Part shown: in pieces, positions 26,818 through 37,179 of the stretch
Layout: each line of letters begins with the position of its first letter
How positions within the stretch are numbered: the first letter of the stretch is position 1
Assembly: GCA_045615365.1 (NCBI GenBank)
Contig: JAZLEQ010000018.1
Span: forward strand, 106,384 to 170,383
Source of the DNA: Alphaproteobacteria bacterium
GTDB lineage: Bacteria; Pseudomonadota; Alphaproteobacteria; RF32; CAG-239
DNA: 64,000 nt
Reading direction: 5' to 3'
Translations under genes and position numbers: made by a program
The notes under the pieces: model-generated
Told to the model about the DNA's origin: nothing
Database searches by the model: none
What the model saw: only the letters and a program-made list of their open reading frames with translations

Positions 26818-27999
26818 TTATTTTGTAAGATTAACCGTATCTTGAGCAATCATCAATTCTTCATCTGTAGGAATAACGAAAGCTTTAACTTTAGAACCTT
26901 TGGTAGAAATTTCTTCAACATTTCCTCTACGGCCATTGGCTTCTTCATCAATGCCGATTCCCAAATAGCTTAATCTTTCCAAAATCAATTTTCTGATAAT
27001 CGGAGAATTTTCACCGATACCGGCTGTAAACACAATTGCGTCAACACCACCTAAAGCGGCAATATAGCTACCGATAAATTTAACAATGGTATAAACATAT
27101 GTTTGCAAACCGACAACGGCATTTTCATCACCTTTCAAATATGCTGCTTCAACATCACGCATATCCGAATATCCGGTCAAACCCAACATACCGCTTTGTT
27201 TATTCAAAAGATTGTTTACTTCATCAACACTCAATTCTTGTTCCTTCATAATATGAAGCGGAATATACGGATCAATATCACCGGAACGAGTTCCCATTAT
27301 TATACCAGCCAACGGAGTAAAGCCCATTGATGTATCAATACATTGCCCGTTTTTAATAGCCGATAATGATGCACCATTACCCAAATGGCAAACAACTACT
27401 TTTGAGTTTTCACCAATAATTTTAGCCACTTCTTGTGCAATATATCTGTGAGAAGTTCCGTGCATTCCATAGCGACGAATTTGATGTTTTGTATATTGTT
27501 CCAAAGGTAAACCGTAAAGGAATGCCTCTTTAGGCATTGTTTGATGAAAAGCAGTATCAAATACTGCAACTTGAGGAACATTAGGCAAAGATTTTTCAAC
27601 AGCTCTGATACCCAATACACCGGCCGGATTATGCAATGGAGCCAAAGAAGACAATTCTTCAACTTTCTTAACCACTTCTTCATCAATTACAACGGATTTT
27701 GCGTAAACTTCACCACCATGAACAATACGGTGCCCCACAGCAGTAATTTCGTTCAAATTTTCAATAGCACCATTCAACAACAAATTGAAAACCTCTTGTA
27801 ATGCTTCGTTATGAGTAGGCAAATCTTTTTCAACTTCTTTTTTGCTTCCATCAGCATATTTAATACCAACTTTTGAACCGTTAATACCAATACGTTCTGC
27901 CAAACCTTTTGCAACAACTTCATAGTTATCACCATCAACATTAAACAACTGATATTTTAATGAAGATGAACCTGAATTCAAAACCAAAACTTTTTTCAT
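26818..27999 (-). CDS. ackA: Acetate kinase
   Basis: 393 aa; MKKVLVLNSGSSSLKYQLF…, …VHGGE…, …HLGNGASL… acetate/propionate kinase signatures. Confidence 0.9.
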   Translation of the reverse strand: MKKVLVLNSGSSSLKYQLFNVDGDNYEVVAKGLAERIGINGSKVGIKYADGSKKEVEKDLPTHNEALQEVFNLLLNGAIENLNEITAVGHRIVHGGEVYAKSVVIDEEVVKKVEELSSLAPLHNPAGVLGIRAVEKSLPNVPQVAVFDTAFHQTMPKEAFLYGLPLEQYTKHQIRRYGMHGTSHRYIAQEVAKIIGENSKVVVCHLGNGASLSAIKNGQCIDTSMGFTPLAGIIMGTRSGDIDPYIPLHIMKEQELSVDEVNNLLNKQSGMLGLTGYSDMRDVEAAYLKGDENAVVGLQTYVYTIVKFIGSYIAALGGVDAIVFTAGIGENSPIIRKLILERLSYLGIGIDEEANGRRGNVEEISTKGSKVKAFVIPTDEELMIAQDTVNLTK

Positions 28000-28041
28000 T
28001 TATTTACCCTTATCAAAAAATTAAAAAAACAACATTCAAAA

Positions 28042-29037
28042 TTACATTGCCTGAACAGCCGTCAGCGCAACCGTAAAGAAGATATCTTCAGCCGAACATC
28101 CGCGAGACAAATCATTAATCGGAGCATTCAATCCTTGCAATATCGGTCCATAAGCATCAAATCCGCCCAATCTTTGCACCAATTTATAAGCAATGTTACC
28201 GGCATCCAAATTCGGGAAAATCAAAACTTTTGCCTTTCCTGCAACCTCACTGTTCGGAGCCTTTTTAGCACCTACTGACGCAACCAATGCAGCATCACCT
28301 TGCAACTCGCCGTCAAGCTTTATTCCTAAATTCTTAAATTCATCTTTTTTCAACATTTCTTTTGCTATTTGGGTTGCATTTTGCACTTTAGAAACCAACG
28401 GTCCCTTACCCGAACCATATGTTGAAAACGACAACATTGCCACATTCGGCTCAATTCCGAATTGAATTGCCGTCTGCGAAGCCTGAATTGCAATATTGGC
28501 CAATTCTTGCTCTGTCGGATCAACCACGATTCCGCAATCGGAAAACACATAAGTATCTTCTCCTTTATCCATAAAGAAGAATGAAGAAACCCCCATATCC
28601 TTACGCGATGATTTAATAATCTGCAACGCCGGACGAACTGTATCGGCAGTTGAATGAGCTGCCCCCGAAACCATACCGTCGGCATCGCCTGATTTCATCA
28701 TCAATGTTCCGAAATAATTATTATCAAGCGCAAACTTCATTGCATCTTCTTTGCTGATTCCTTTTTCTTTGCGAAGTTCATAAAACAACTCTGCATATTT
28801 TTCAAGTTTCGGCGATGTTTTCGGATTGATGATATCAATACCGTCAAAACTCCAACCTTTTGCAGTCATCTTATTTTTTATTTCAACTTCATCACCGAGC
28901 AAAATAATCTTTGCCACTTTTTCTTTTGTTACATTATAAGCGGCTTCCAAAACTCTTTCATCTTCACCTTCCGGCAAAACAATAGTCTTAAAACCTTCTT
29001 TAGCCTTAGCCACGATTGAATCAACAAATTTAGTCAT
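28042..29037 (-). CDS. pta: Phosphate acetyltransferase (short, PTA_PTB-domain form)
   Basis: 331 aa; …IVLPEGEDERVLEAA…, …AGNIAYKLVQRLGG… typical of Pta; adjacent to ackA. Confidence 0.85.
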   Translation of the reverse strand: MTKFVDSIVAKAKEGFKTIVLPEGEDERVLEAAYNVTKEKVAKIILLGDEVEIKNKMTAKGWSFDGIDIINPKTSPKLEKYAELFYELRKEKGISKEDAMKFALDNNYFGTLMMKSGDADGMVSGAAHSTADTVRPALQIIKSSRKDMGVSSFFFMDKGEDTYVFSDCGIVVDPTEQELANIAIQASQTAIQFGIEPNVAMLSFSTYGSGKGPLVSKVQNATQIAKEMLKKDEFKNLGIKLDGELQGDAALVASVGAKKAPNSEVAGKAKVLIFPNLDAGNIAYKLVQRLGGFDAYGPILQGLNAPINDLSRGCSAEDIFFTVALTAVQAM

Positions 29038-29182
29038 TTACTCACCTTTCATTCTCTCTTAAAAAAAATAATTTTCATATAATAAACAACTTTCTTTATA
29101 AAAAGTCAAAATATCTTTTGCTTATTTGTATAAAGTATTGTATGTTATATTTGTGTTAACATAAAAATTAGGGTCCCAAACC

Positions 29183-29596
29183 ATGGAACAAACTCTTTCA
29201 ATAATCAAACCGGATGCCACAACGCGTAATATAACCGGTCAAATCAATGCAATGATTGAAAATGCCGGACTCAAGATTGTGGCTCAAAAAATGGTTAAGC
29301 TTTCCAGAGAACAAGCACAAAAATTCTATGCCGAACACCAAGGTAAAGGATTTTTTGAAAACTTGGTAACATTCATGAGCTCAGCTCCGATAATTGTCCA
29401 AGTTTTGGAAGGTGAAAACGCCATCAGCTCATATCGCAAAATTATGGGAGCAACTAATCCCGATGTTGCCGAAGAAGGAACTATTCGCAAAACCTTTGCT
29501 TTATCAATCGATAAAAATTCGGTTCACGGTTCGGATTCTCCAGAAAGTGCCGCTCGTGAAATAGCCTTTTTCTTCACATCCATCGAAATTTTCTGA
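29183..29596 (+). CDS. ndk: Nucleoside diphosphate kinase
   Basis: 137 aa; [12 protein letters not shown]…, NxxHGSD active-site histidine (NSVHGSDS). Confidence 0.9.
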   Translation: MEQTLSIIKPDATTRNITGQINAMIENAGLKIVAQKMVKLSREQAQKFYAEHQGKGFFENLVTFMSSAPIIVQVLEGENAISSYRKIMGATNPDVAEEGTIRKTFALSIDKNSVHGSDSPESAAREIAFFFTSIEIF

Positions 29597-29614
29597 TTTT
29601 AGAGGAGTATAAAA

Positions 29615-30670
29615 TTGAATAAGTTGGTTTTATGCCTTATTTGTTGCTGTCTGTTATTTTCTCATAACGCTTTGTCTGCAGACGAGCGTTTTACCGTTGA
29701 AATTAAAGTTGACGTTACCGATAAAAATGCTTCCATTGCTCGTGAAAAAGCAATGAGCAGTGCATCTGTAGCTGCGGTTAATGCTGTTGCTCGCAAAATT
29801 TCAACCTCCGTCGGATCCGAAAAAATTGCCAAACTTAACGAAAATCAAATTTTAAATTTCATTAAGGAAACCTCAGTCTTAAACGAAAAAACATCCGATG
29901 TTCGCTATATGGCAGACCTTAAAATAGTCATCAATGAAGAACTTTTAAAACAATATATGGAAGAACGCGAAATTCCTTTGGTTAACAAAAAAGATACATC
30001 TATACTGATTGTCCCTATTTTCCGTGAATTTTCCGATGACAAACCGATGCTTTGGGAAGCGGATAACCCGTGGAAACAAGCATGGGACAAAGCTCAAAGC
30101 TCTTCTGCAATCAAATTTTTGTCTTTAGCAAACACCGCTTCGAACATGGAAGCTATCGATGCAAACAAAGCTTCCGTATCCGATTCGTTTGCCATGGAAC
30201 GCCTGCAAACAATTTCCGGTAGCAACGATGTCTATATCTTAGATGCCTCTTATAACGGTGTTGAAGGAATTATAATCACAGCCACATCTCTTTCCGGAGA
30301 ACATTTTAACATTGAAGTTGCCGGAACCAAATCGAGCGGCGATGAACTTTTTGATAATGCTGTTGTTGAGAGTAAAATCCAAATTGAAGAACGCATCTTA
30401 AAAGCCAGTATGGAGCAAGCCGTTCAAGAAAACGAACTCACCGTTTTATTTCCTTTCAATTCTCTTGGCGATTGGATTACCGCCGAACAAAAAATCAAGG
30501 GATTAAACGAAATAACCAATATGCAGGTTCAAGCTATGGCTCCTAAAAAAGCCCAATTCAAAATTTGGTTTACCGGTGATATCAACACCTTACAAAACCT
30601 GCTAAAACGTCAAGGATATCGCCTGATTAACAACGACAACTACATGCTTTTGGAAAAAATCGGAGAATAA
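29615..30670 (+). CDS. Hypothetical secreted protein (351 aa)
   Basis: Cleavable signal peptide (…HNALSADE); no recognisable catalytic motif; 5 nt upstream of the AI-2E transporter gene. Confidence 0.5.
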   Translation: MNKLVLCLICCCLLFSHNALSADERFTVEIKVDVTDKNASIAREKAMSSASVAAVNAVARKISTSVGSEKIAKLNENQILNFIKETSVLNEKTSDVRYMADLKIVINEELLKQYMEEREIPLVNKKDTSILIVPIFREFSDDKPMLWEADNPWKQAWDKAQSSSAIKFLSLANTASNMEAIDANKASVSDSFAMERLQTISGSNDVYILDASYNGVEGIIITATSLSGEHFNIEVAGTKSSGDELFDNAVVESKIQIEERILKASMEQAVQENELTVLFPFNSLGDWITAEQKIKGLNEITNMQVQAMAPKKAQFKIWFTGDINTLQNLLKRQGYRLINNDNYMLLEKIGE

Positions 30671-30675
30671 ACACC

Positions 30676-31734
30676 ATGCCCAAAACCGAAAATAAAAACT
30701 GGATTTTCTGGCTTACTCTTTTTGCGGTATTTGCCGCTTTGGTTTATGCTTTGCGTTCAGTCCTTCTGCCTTTCGTTGTAGGCATAATTATCGGATACTT
30801 GTTGGACCCGTTGGCATCACGTTTTGAAAAATTAAAATTAAACCGCACAACTGCCACCTGCTTGGTTTTGTTTCTAGTTGCAATTATCCTAATTCCGGCA
30901 GTTGTTGCCCTTGCCGGCATGATAGACGAACAACTTGCCGATTTCATCTCTGCTGTCCCGCAATATATGGCAGCATTAAGCAAAAAAATTGAACCGGTTG
31001 TTGTTAACCTGCAAGACAATTTCCCAGGTTTGAGCAGAGAAAAAATCCGCGAATATCTTCAAGGCAATATGTCAAACGGTCTAAAACTATTAGGCAATGT
31101 TCTGCGTAAACTGATTACCAGCAGCTATGCTCTGTTCAACATCATCTCTTTGCTTTTAATTACTCCGGTCGTTGCATTTTATATGCTTCGAGATTGGAAC
31201 GATTTTGTTAAAAAAGTTGACAGCCTGTTACCTAAAAACCATAAAAAAGAAATCCGCACCCAAGCCAAAGCCATTGATAAAATCATCTCTGCTTTCATCC
31301 GCGGACAACTTTCCGTATGCGTTTTGTTAGGATCATTCTATGCCATAGGTCTAACATTTGTCGGCTTAGATCTTGGAATGTTGGTCGGTTTTATTGCCGG
31401 CATCATATCATTCATCCCTTATGTCGGCTCCATTGTCGGTTTCATCACTGCAATCGGAATTGCTTTTGCCCAATTTGATACTTGGATTCCTATTGCGCAG
31501 GTTGTCGGCGTTTTTGCCGTTGGTCAATTTTTGGAAGGCAACTTTCTCACCCCGAAACTCGTCGGAGATTCTATCGGGCTTCATCCTGTTTGGGTTATGT
31601 TTGCATTGCTGGCCGGCGGTGTATTGCTTGGCTTTTTAGGTTTGATGATGGCAGTTCCATTAGCCGCTGTAATAGGTGTTTTAACTCGCTTTGCCATTTC
31701 AAAATACAAACAAAGCTCACTATATCAGGAATAA
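30676..31734 (+). CDS. AI-2E family transporter (PerM/YhhT, UPF0118)
   Basis: 352 aa, ~8 TM helices with the characteristic N-terminal …LLPFVVGIIIGYLLDPL… region. Confidence 0.75.
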   Translation: MPKTENKNWIFWLTLFAVFAALVYALRSVLLPFVVGIIIGYLLDPLASRFEKLKLNRTTATCLVLFLVAIILIPAVVALAGMIDEQLADFISAVPQYMAALSKKIEPVVVNLQDNFPGLSREKIREYLQGNMSNGLKLLGNVLRKLITSSYALFNIISLLLITPVVAFYMLRDWNDFVKKVDSLLPKNHKKEIRTQAKAIDKIISAFIRGQLSVCVLLGSFYAIGLTFVGLDLGMLVGFIAGIISFIPYVGSIVGFITAIGIAFAQFDTWIPIAQVVGVFAVGQFLEGNFLTPKLVGDSIGLHPVWVMFALLAGGVLLGFLGLMMAVPLAAVIGVLTRFAISKYKQSSLYQE

Positions 31735-31874
31735 ATTTCAAACAAAACTTTATAATCCCTTGAACAAATCAAGAGATTTTTAACTTGATATAAAAAAATT
31801 TGAAATTTTATAATTAACTGAAAACTGTTATATCTGAAAAGAATCATTTTTAACCACGGCAATCAATTAAAAAC

Positions 31875-31910
31875 AAAAAAAAGCTCCAAGATTTTCTTGG
31901 AGCTTTCTCT
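31875..31910. terminator. Bidirectional intrinsic terminator (aagctccaag / cttggagctt)
   Basis: 10-bp hairpin with A-run upstream and T-rich downstream; serves rplI on the minus strand. Confidence 0.6.
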
Positions 31911-31926
31911 TTAACTAAAAAACGAA

Positions 31927-32412
31927 TTAAGTGTTTTCATAAGCCTTAGCTTGTTTCTTAGCATCATCTTCGGTTCTTGCAACGTTAACCAAAATTGTTT
32001 GACTAACTTCCGGGTGCAAATTCAATTTAACTTGGTAAACACCCAAATCTTTAATAGCTTTGTCCAAGAAAACCTGACGGCGTTCAACAGCATATCCGGC
32101 TTCTTTAACAGCTTGAGCAATATCACGAATTGTAACTGAACCGTAGAGTTGACCTGTTTCGGCAGCTTGACGAATCAATACTGCAGAATAACCTTTCAAA
32201 GATTCAGCAATTTCAGATGCTTTTTCAAGCAATTTCTTGTTGTTTACTTCCAATTCGGCTTTTTGTTGTTCATAAACAGCCAAGTTTGCTTCTGTTGCAC
32301 GCAAAGCTTTGCCTTGAGGCAACAAATAGTTACGGGCATAACCGTTTTTAACGTTTACTTTTTCGCCCATTTTGCCCAATTTTTCAACATGTTCAAGCAA
32401 GATAACTTCCAT
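31927..32412 (-). CDS. rplI: 50S ribosomal protein L9
   Basis: 161 aa; MEVILLEHVEKLGKMGEKVNVKNGYARNYLLPQGKALRATEANL…. Confidence 0.9.
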   Translation of the reverse strand: MEVILLEHVEKLGKMGEKVNVKNGYARNYLLPQGKALRATEANLAVYEQQKAELEVNNKKLLEKASEIAESLKGYSAVLIRQAAETGQLYGSVTIRDIAQAVKEAGYAVERRQVFLDKAIKDLGVYQVKLNLHPEVSQTILVNVARTEDDAKKQAKAYENT

Positions 32413-32429
32413 AATTTTTCTCCCTCAAA

Positions 32430-32657
32430 CTACATTGCAACATAGGGCAACAAACCGAGATAGCGAGCTCTTTTAATAGCTTTAGCCAATTCTCTTTGTT
32501 TTTTAGCCGAAACTGAAGTGATACGACTTGGAATGATTTTGCCTTTTTCGGAAATATAACGAGAAAGCAATTTTACATCTTTGTAGTCGATTTTAAGTCC
32601 GTCTTCACCTGAAAACGGGCAGCTTTTTTTTCTTCTAAAGAATACTTGTTTAGCCAT
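32430..32657 (-). CDS. rpsR: 30S ribosomal protein S18
   Basis: 75 aa; …[61 protein letters not shown]. Confidence 0.9.
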   Translation of the reverse strand: MAKQVFFRRKKSCPFSGEDGLKIDYKDVKLLSRYISEKGKIIPSRITSVSAKKQRELAKAIKRARYLGLLPYVAM

Positions 32658-32668
32658 TTTATATTCTC

Positions 32669-33007
32669 CTATTCTTCAACAACCGAATCAACACCGTCAG
32701 AGTTTGAAGAAACTTCAGAGAAGTTTTCAACTTTGATGGTCATATAACGGATAATGTCTTCATTAACGCGCATAACACGTTCATATTCTGCAACAGCTTG
32801 AGCCGGAGCAGCAATATTCAAAAGAACATAATGGCCTTTACGGTTTTTCTTAATACGATAAGCAAGGTTTTTCAAACCCCAGTTATCAACGCGAACAACT
32901 TCACCGCCTTGAGCAGAAACAACTTCTTTCAAGCTGTCAACCAAAGCATTAACTTGTGAAGCGCCCAAATCTTGACGTGCAATCAACACGCTTTCATATT
33001 TATTCAT
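32669..33007 (-). CDS. rpsF: 30S ribosomal protein S6
   Basis: 112 aa; [14 protein letters not shown]…[21 protein letters not shown]…; operon rpsF-rpsR-rplI. Confidence 0.9.
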   Translation of the reverse strand: MNKYESVLIARQDLGASQVNALVDSLKEVVSAQGGEVVRVDNWGLKNLAYRIKKNRKGHYVLLNIAAPAQAVAEYERVMRVNEDIIRYMTIKVENFSEVSSNSDGVDSVVEE

Positions 33008-33260
33008 TTTAATTTTAACTCCTTATGGATTCTCAACAATTGACCCGAGTTAGCCGAACAAAGAAACATATTTCCCCTGCTCTTCAACCCGAGCCGCCTT
33101 TTTGTATAGCCGCAAACATTCACTTGTTGCGGCAAGGACGAAGTGTCTTATAACACAAAATCTTTATTTTGCAAGTATTTTATACATAATTTTTAATGAA
33201 GATTTAATCTTTTAATGTTACATTCTTTCTAAAATTGGTGGAATTCGGGAAATTAACGAC

Positions 33261-33554
33261 ATGTTATCAAAAAAAATCATCTTTTTTTCGTTGTTGTCAT
33301 TGGGGCTTGGTATATCAGATGCTTCTGTTGCAAGCGATAGCTCAATCGGCTTACAAAACATTCATACTCGCACCATAATTTATTGCTATTCCAATTCCGA
33401 TTACACGGCCGAAGAATGTGCATCTTTTTACGAAACCCAAGGTTTCACTCGTATGCGCGATATTCCTCAAAAACCCGCCAAATACGATTTTCTGACCGTT
33501 GAAACATACCCTACCAGACGTTGGCGTGATGGCGAAAAAACACCTCGTTGGTAA
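33261..33554 (+). CDS. Small hypothetical secreted protein (97 aa)
   Basis: Signal peptide (…GLGISDASVAS); 4 Cys. Confidence 0.4.
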   Translation: MLSKKIIFFSLLSLGLGISDASVASDSSIGLQNIHTRTIIYCYSNSDYTAEECASFYETQGFTRMRDIPQKPAKYDFLTVETYPTRRWRDGEKTPRW

Positions 33555-33566
33555 GGATATGGCGCA

Positions 33567-35081
33567 ATGTTAACTCACATTAACACTCTCACTTTTAACG
33601 GGCTTGAAGTCCTTAAAGTTGATTTACAAGTGCAAATTTCCTCCGGACTTCCCAATTTTATAATCGTCGGACTTCCCGACAAAGCCATTGCCGAAAGTAA
33701 AGAGCGAGTTCGTGCTGCCATGCAATCGGCAGGACTTCAGCTTCCGCCCAAACGCATTGTCGTAAATCTTGCACCTGCAGATCTCTTAAAAGAAGGCTCT
33801 CATTTTGACCTCCCGATTGCTTTAGCTATTTTAAGTTCTATGGGCATTGTTCCGACAGAAAAACTGAAATCATACATGATTTTGGGAGAACTGGGATTAG
33901 GTGGTGAAATTTTGGCGGTAAACGGAGTTTTACCTGTTGCTGTTTACGCCGCTCAAAATAACATGGGACTCATCTGCCCCGAAACTTGCGGATCGGAAGC
34001 AGCTTGGGCAAAAGTAAAAGACATTATAGCGGCTCCTCATTTGGTTAATCTGATTAATCACCTTAAAGGAAGCGAAACCCTATCCTATCCGGAAATCAAA
34101 CAAACATCATCGCAAATTTCCGCTTTGGATATGGCTGATGTTAAGGGACAAGAAACAGCCAAACGCGCATTGGAAATTGCAGCAGCCGGCGGACACAATC
34201 TTTTGATGATCGGTCCTCCCGGGTCCGGTAAATCTATGTTGGCATCCCGTTTGCCATCGATTCTTCCCCCGATGAGCATTGAAGAAGCTTTGGAAACTTC
34301 AATGATAAAATCAATCTCCGGCGAATTGAAAAATTCCGATCTTTGTTTTGACCGCCCGTTTCGCGATCCGCATCATAGCGCTTCCACTCCGGCCTTAGTC
34401 GGCGGCGGACGCAAAGGCACTCCGGGAGAAATTTCGCTGGCACACAACGGGGTCCTTTTCTTAGACGAACTTCCTGAATTTAACCGCCCCACTTTAGAAG
34501 CTTTGCGCCAACCTTTGGAAACCGGCAACATTCAAATATCTCGCGTTAATGCTCACACTTCTTATCCGGCAAATTTTCAACTTATTGCTGCCATGAACCC
34601 ATGCCGTTGCGGCTATATGGGGCAAAAAGAAAAAGAATGCAATCGAGCACCGCAATGTGCCAAAGACTATATGGCCAAAATATCAGGTCCTCTTTTAGAC
34701 CGTATTGACATCAAAATTGAGGTTCCTGCAGTTAGTCCTTGGGAGCTTGCCGACATCAAGAAAGGCGAATCTTCAAAAGTTATCCAAAGGCGAGTAATTC
34801 AAGCTCGCGAGATTCAAAAACAAAGATTACATTCATTGGGCGAACATTCTGTTCATACTAACTCTGCTCTGAAAGGCAAGCTTTTAGAGGAAATTTGCGT
34901 TTTAGAAAAAGATGCCGAAGCACTCCTTTTAGCTTTCGCCGAAAAAAATTCTCTCTCGGCCAGAGCCTATCATCGCACTTTGCGGTTAGCAAGAACAATT
35001 GCGGACTTGCAAAATGAATCAAAAATACTTAAACTGCATATAGCTGAAGCTTTGTCATACCGTCAAAGCCGATATTTTTGA
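33567..35081 (+). CDS. comM: YifB/ComM-family Mg-chelatase-like AAA+ ATPase
   Basis: 504 aa; N-terminal Lon-like domain, Walker A GPPGSGKSMLASRL, …VLFLDELPEFNR…, C-terminal Mg-chelatase region. Confidence 0.85.
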   Translation: MLTHINTLTFNGLEVLKVDLQVQISSGLPNFIIVGLPDKAIAESKERVRAAMQSAGLQLPPKRIVVNLAPADLLKEGSHFDLPIALAILSSMGIVPTEKLKSYMILGELGLGGEILAVNGVLPVAVYAAQNNMGLICPETCGSEAAWAKVKDIIAAPHLVNLINHLKGSETLSYPEIKQTSSQISALDMADVKGQETAKRALEIAAAGGHNLLMIGPPGSGKSMLASRLPSILPPMSIEEALETSMIKSISGELKNSDLCFDRPFRDPHHSASTPALVGGGRKGTPGEISLAHNGVLFLDELPEFNRPTLEALRQPLETGNIQISRVNAHTSYPANFQLIAAMNPCRCGYMGQKEKECNRAPQCAKDYMAKISGPLLDRIDIKIEVPAVSPWELADIKKGESSKVIQRRVIQAREIQKQRLHSLGEHSVHTNSALKGKLLEEICVLEKDAEALLLAFAEKNSLSARAYHRTLRLARTIADLQNESKILKLHIAEALSYRQSRYF

Positions 35082-35105
35082 TGATATATTGGAGTTTGTC
35101 TTAAA

Positions 35106-37082
35106 ATGCATAAAAAATTGTCGCTGACACTTTTATCTTCTTTGTTCTGGTTATCTGCATGCAGCAAAGAAAGTCCCGAATTAATTCCCTGTATGTGCGA
35201 TCCCAATGCCGAGTCTACTTTGGGTATCTTCGATTGTATGTGCGAATCATCCAAGAACAAACCTGTTCGCCGCATTTCCTACATACAGGACAATGCCAAG
35301 GTTCGCTATAAAAGCTTAATAATCAACGACGAACAAAAAGAAGCATATTCTCTACTGCATAAGAGTCGTGACTTTTATGCCCCCATAAAGCTTGAAAATG
35401 TTGATTTTCGCATCAAAAAAAGCCACAAATACGACGAATTTCAAACAAAACTCGGCAACTACCATTTCCGCCTTTTCGGATGCCGCAGAGAAACCAAAAA
35501 TGCATATTTGAACCAAGGACGTTCAATGCAAAAAGACATGCATTTCTTTAATGTTTTCTACGAAACTCTAAATGATTACTACCCTGTGGTTGTTGATCCG
35601 TCAAATGTATATTATCACGATTCGGACAAATTACCTCACCCTGAATATATCATCACTGCCGAAATAACCGACTATTTCATGAATATTTGTGATGAATTTG
35701 ATTGGGAAGAAGCCCAAAACAAAAAACTTCGCACCGGCTCATCAGAAATTACGGTTGTGTGGCGTGTTATGAACTTGTCAAAAGACGAAGTTTATTGCAA
35801 AGGCACAACCACCGGCTACGGACAAGTTGCGGAAGGCGAACCCAACGGCGAAACTTTGCTTGTTGAACGTGCGTTTGAAGATGCTTTAACCAAATTGCCG
35901 GAAATAAGCTGTTTGAACGAAACTTTATCACAAAGAGTTTGTCCTGCAGATATTGCCGCCCAACTTGCCGCCCTCACAGGAAAACGAGACTGTGTCAATT
36001 GTTTCGATTCGCAGTATGCTGATGAACTTGCAGCAATCAACATGCTTCAAGAATGCGACCATTCCGTTCAAATGACTCCTGTTTGCGGAGAAGCAGATGC
36101 TTCTTGTCAATCGGCAATCAACGAAGAAAACATCACTATTGTTGATGATTGCCAAACTGCAGAAATTAACAACGAAACAATTGTTAAAAACGAACAAAAA
36201 CTATCCCCCGGTGAAGATTATTTTGTTGATATTCCGCTGGAGATTGATGCAGCCAAATCCGGTGAAATCGTCGAAGACGGTGGTTCAAGTGCAACCGGCA
36301 CCAACATTGAAATAAACGAAGTTGATGAAAATTCTTTCGCTTCGGTAAACAACAATTTCTGCATTGAGAATAACCCTCCGTTTGAAGATCTGGACCCGCA
36401 CAATTTGTATAAGTTGCGAGCATCAATGGTAATGGTTGAAAACTCAGCCGGCCAAAAAGGATCAGGCATTATCATTGCCGATAACATGGTTCTAACTTCA
36501 GCCGATCTCATCCAGAAAGACAACAACAAATACAACCTCAAAACCGTTAATGGTCGTGAACTCAAAGCTTCGGCTTTCAGAGTAAACCCAACCAAAAATG
36601 TGGCTGTTTTGATGCTTGAAGAACCCACCAAATATCAACCTCTTCCATTGGTTTTAGAGTTACCTGAGGTTAACAAAGACATCCTCATGACCCTTGGTTT
36701 ATTAAACCTTGATGAAGACGGCGAAAACTATTTGGACAACGAAGGACGTGTTACCGGCTATCGTTGGACCGAAGAACGCGGAGCCGAAATTTTGGTTGAC
36801 ACTTTTGTTCAGTCCGTAAGCTTGGGCGGTGCATTAATCGACCAAAGAGGAAACATTATCGGTATTTCTCACGAAGCTTCCAAAGAAAAAGATTCGCAAG
36901 ACTTGTTTATTCCGATCGAAACAGCCTTAAAGAGTCTCGGGCTTGAAATCTGCAACTATACTGCGCCGGTAAAACCTCAACCCAAGCCCAAAGCGGTTAA
37001 GATTATCACACCGATTGCCGATGCGATTGAAAACAACATTCAAGAAGCACCCAAACCGGTTGAAGGCTTAAAACGCAAATAA
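35106..37082 (+). CDS. Large lipoprotein with Cys-rich N-terminal region and a C-terminal degenerate (catalytically dead) trypsin-like S1 peptidase fold
   Basis: 658 aa; lipobox LSACS. The C-terminal domain aligns block by block with DegP/S1C proteases (GSGIIIADNMVLTSADL ~ GSGxIIxxxGYILTNAHV; NVAVLML ~ DLAVLKI; VSLGGALIDQRGNIIGIS ~ GNSGGPLxNxxGExIGIN), but His, Asp and Ser of the triad are replaced. Confidence 0.5.
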   Translation: MHKKLSLTLLSSLFWLSACSKESPELIPCMCDPNAESTLGIFDCMCESSKNKPVRRISYIQDNAKVRYKSLIINDEQKEAYSLLHKSRDFYAPIKLENVDFRIKKSHKYDEFQTKLGNYHFRLFGCRRETKNAYLNQGRSMQKDMHFFNVFYETLNDYYPVVVDPSNVYYHDSDKLPHPEYIITAEITDYFMNICDEFDWEEAQNKKLRTGSSEITVVWRVMNLSKDEVYCKGTTTGYGQVAEGEPNGETLLVERAFEDALTKLPEISCLNETLSQRVCPADIAAQLAALTGKRDCVNCFDSQYADELAAINMLQECDHSVQMTPVCGEADASCQSAINEENITIVDDCQTAEINNETIVKNEQKLSPGEDYFVDIPLEIDAAKSGEIVEDGGSSATGTNIEINEVDENSFASVNNNFCIENNPPFEDLDPHNLYKLRASMVMVENSAGQKGSGIIIADNMVLTSADLIQKDNNKYNLKTVNGRELKASAFRVNPTKNVAVLMLEEPTKYQPLPLVLELPEVNKDILMTLGLLNLDEDGENYLDNEGRVTGYRWTEERGAEILVDTFVQSVSLGGALIDQRGNIIGISHEASKEKDSQDLFIPIETALKSLGLEICNYTAPVKPQPKPKAVKIITPIADAIENNIQEAPKPVEGLKRK

Positions 37083-37104
37083 CCAAGTGCTTTACAAAGC
37101 AAAA

Positions 37105-37143
37105 AGGAAAGCTTCCAAGTATAAACTTGGAAGCTTTTTTTTG
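37105..37143. terminator. Bidirectional intrinsic terminator (aaagcttccaagt / acttggaagcttt + T-run)
   Basis: 13-bp hairpin followed by 8 T; between convergent genes. Confidence 0.65.
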
Positions 37144-37179
37144 CAAAATATAAATAAAATGAAAAATAAAAAACTTTTA

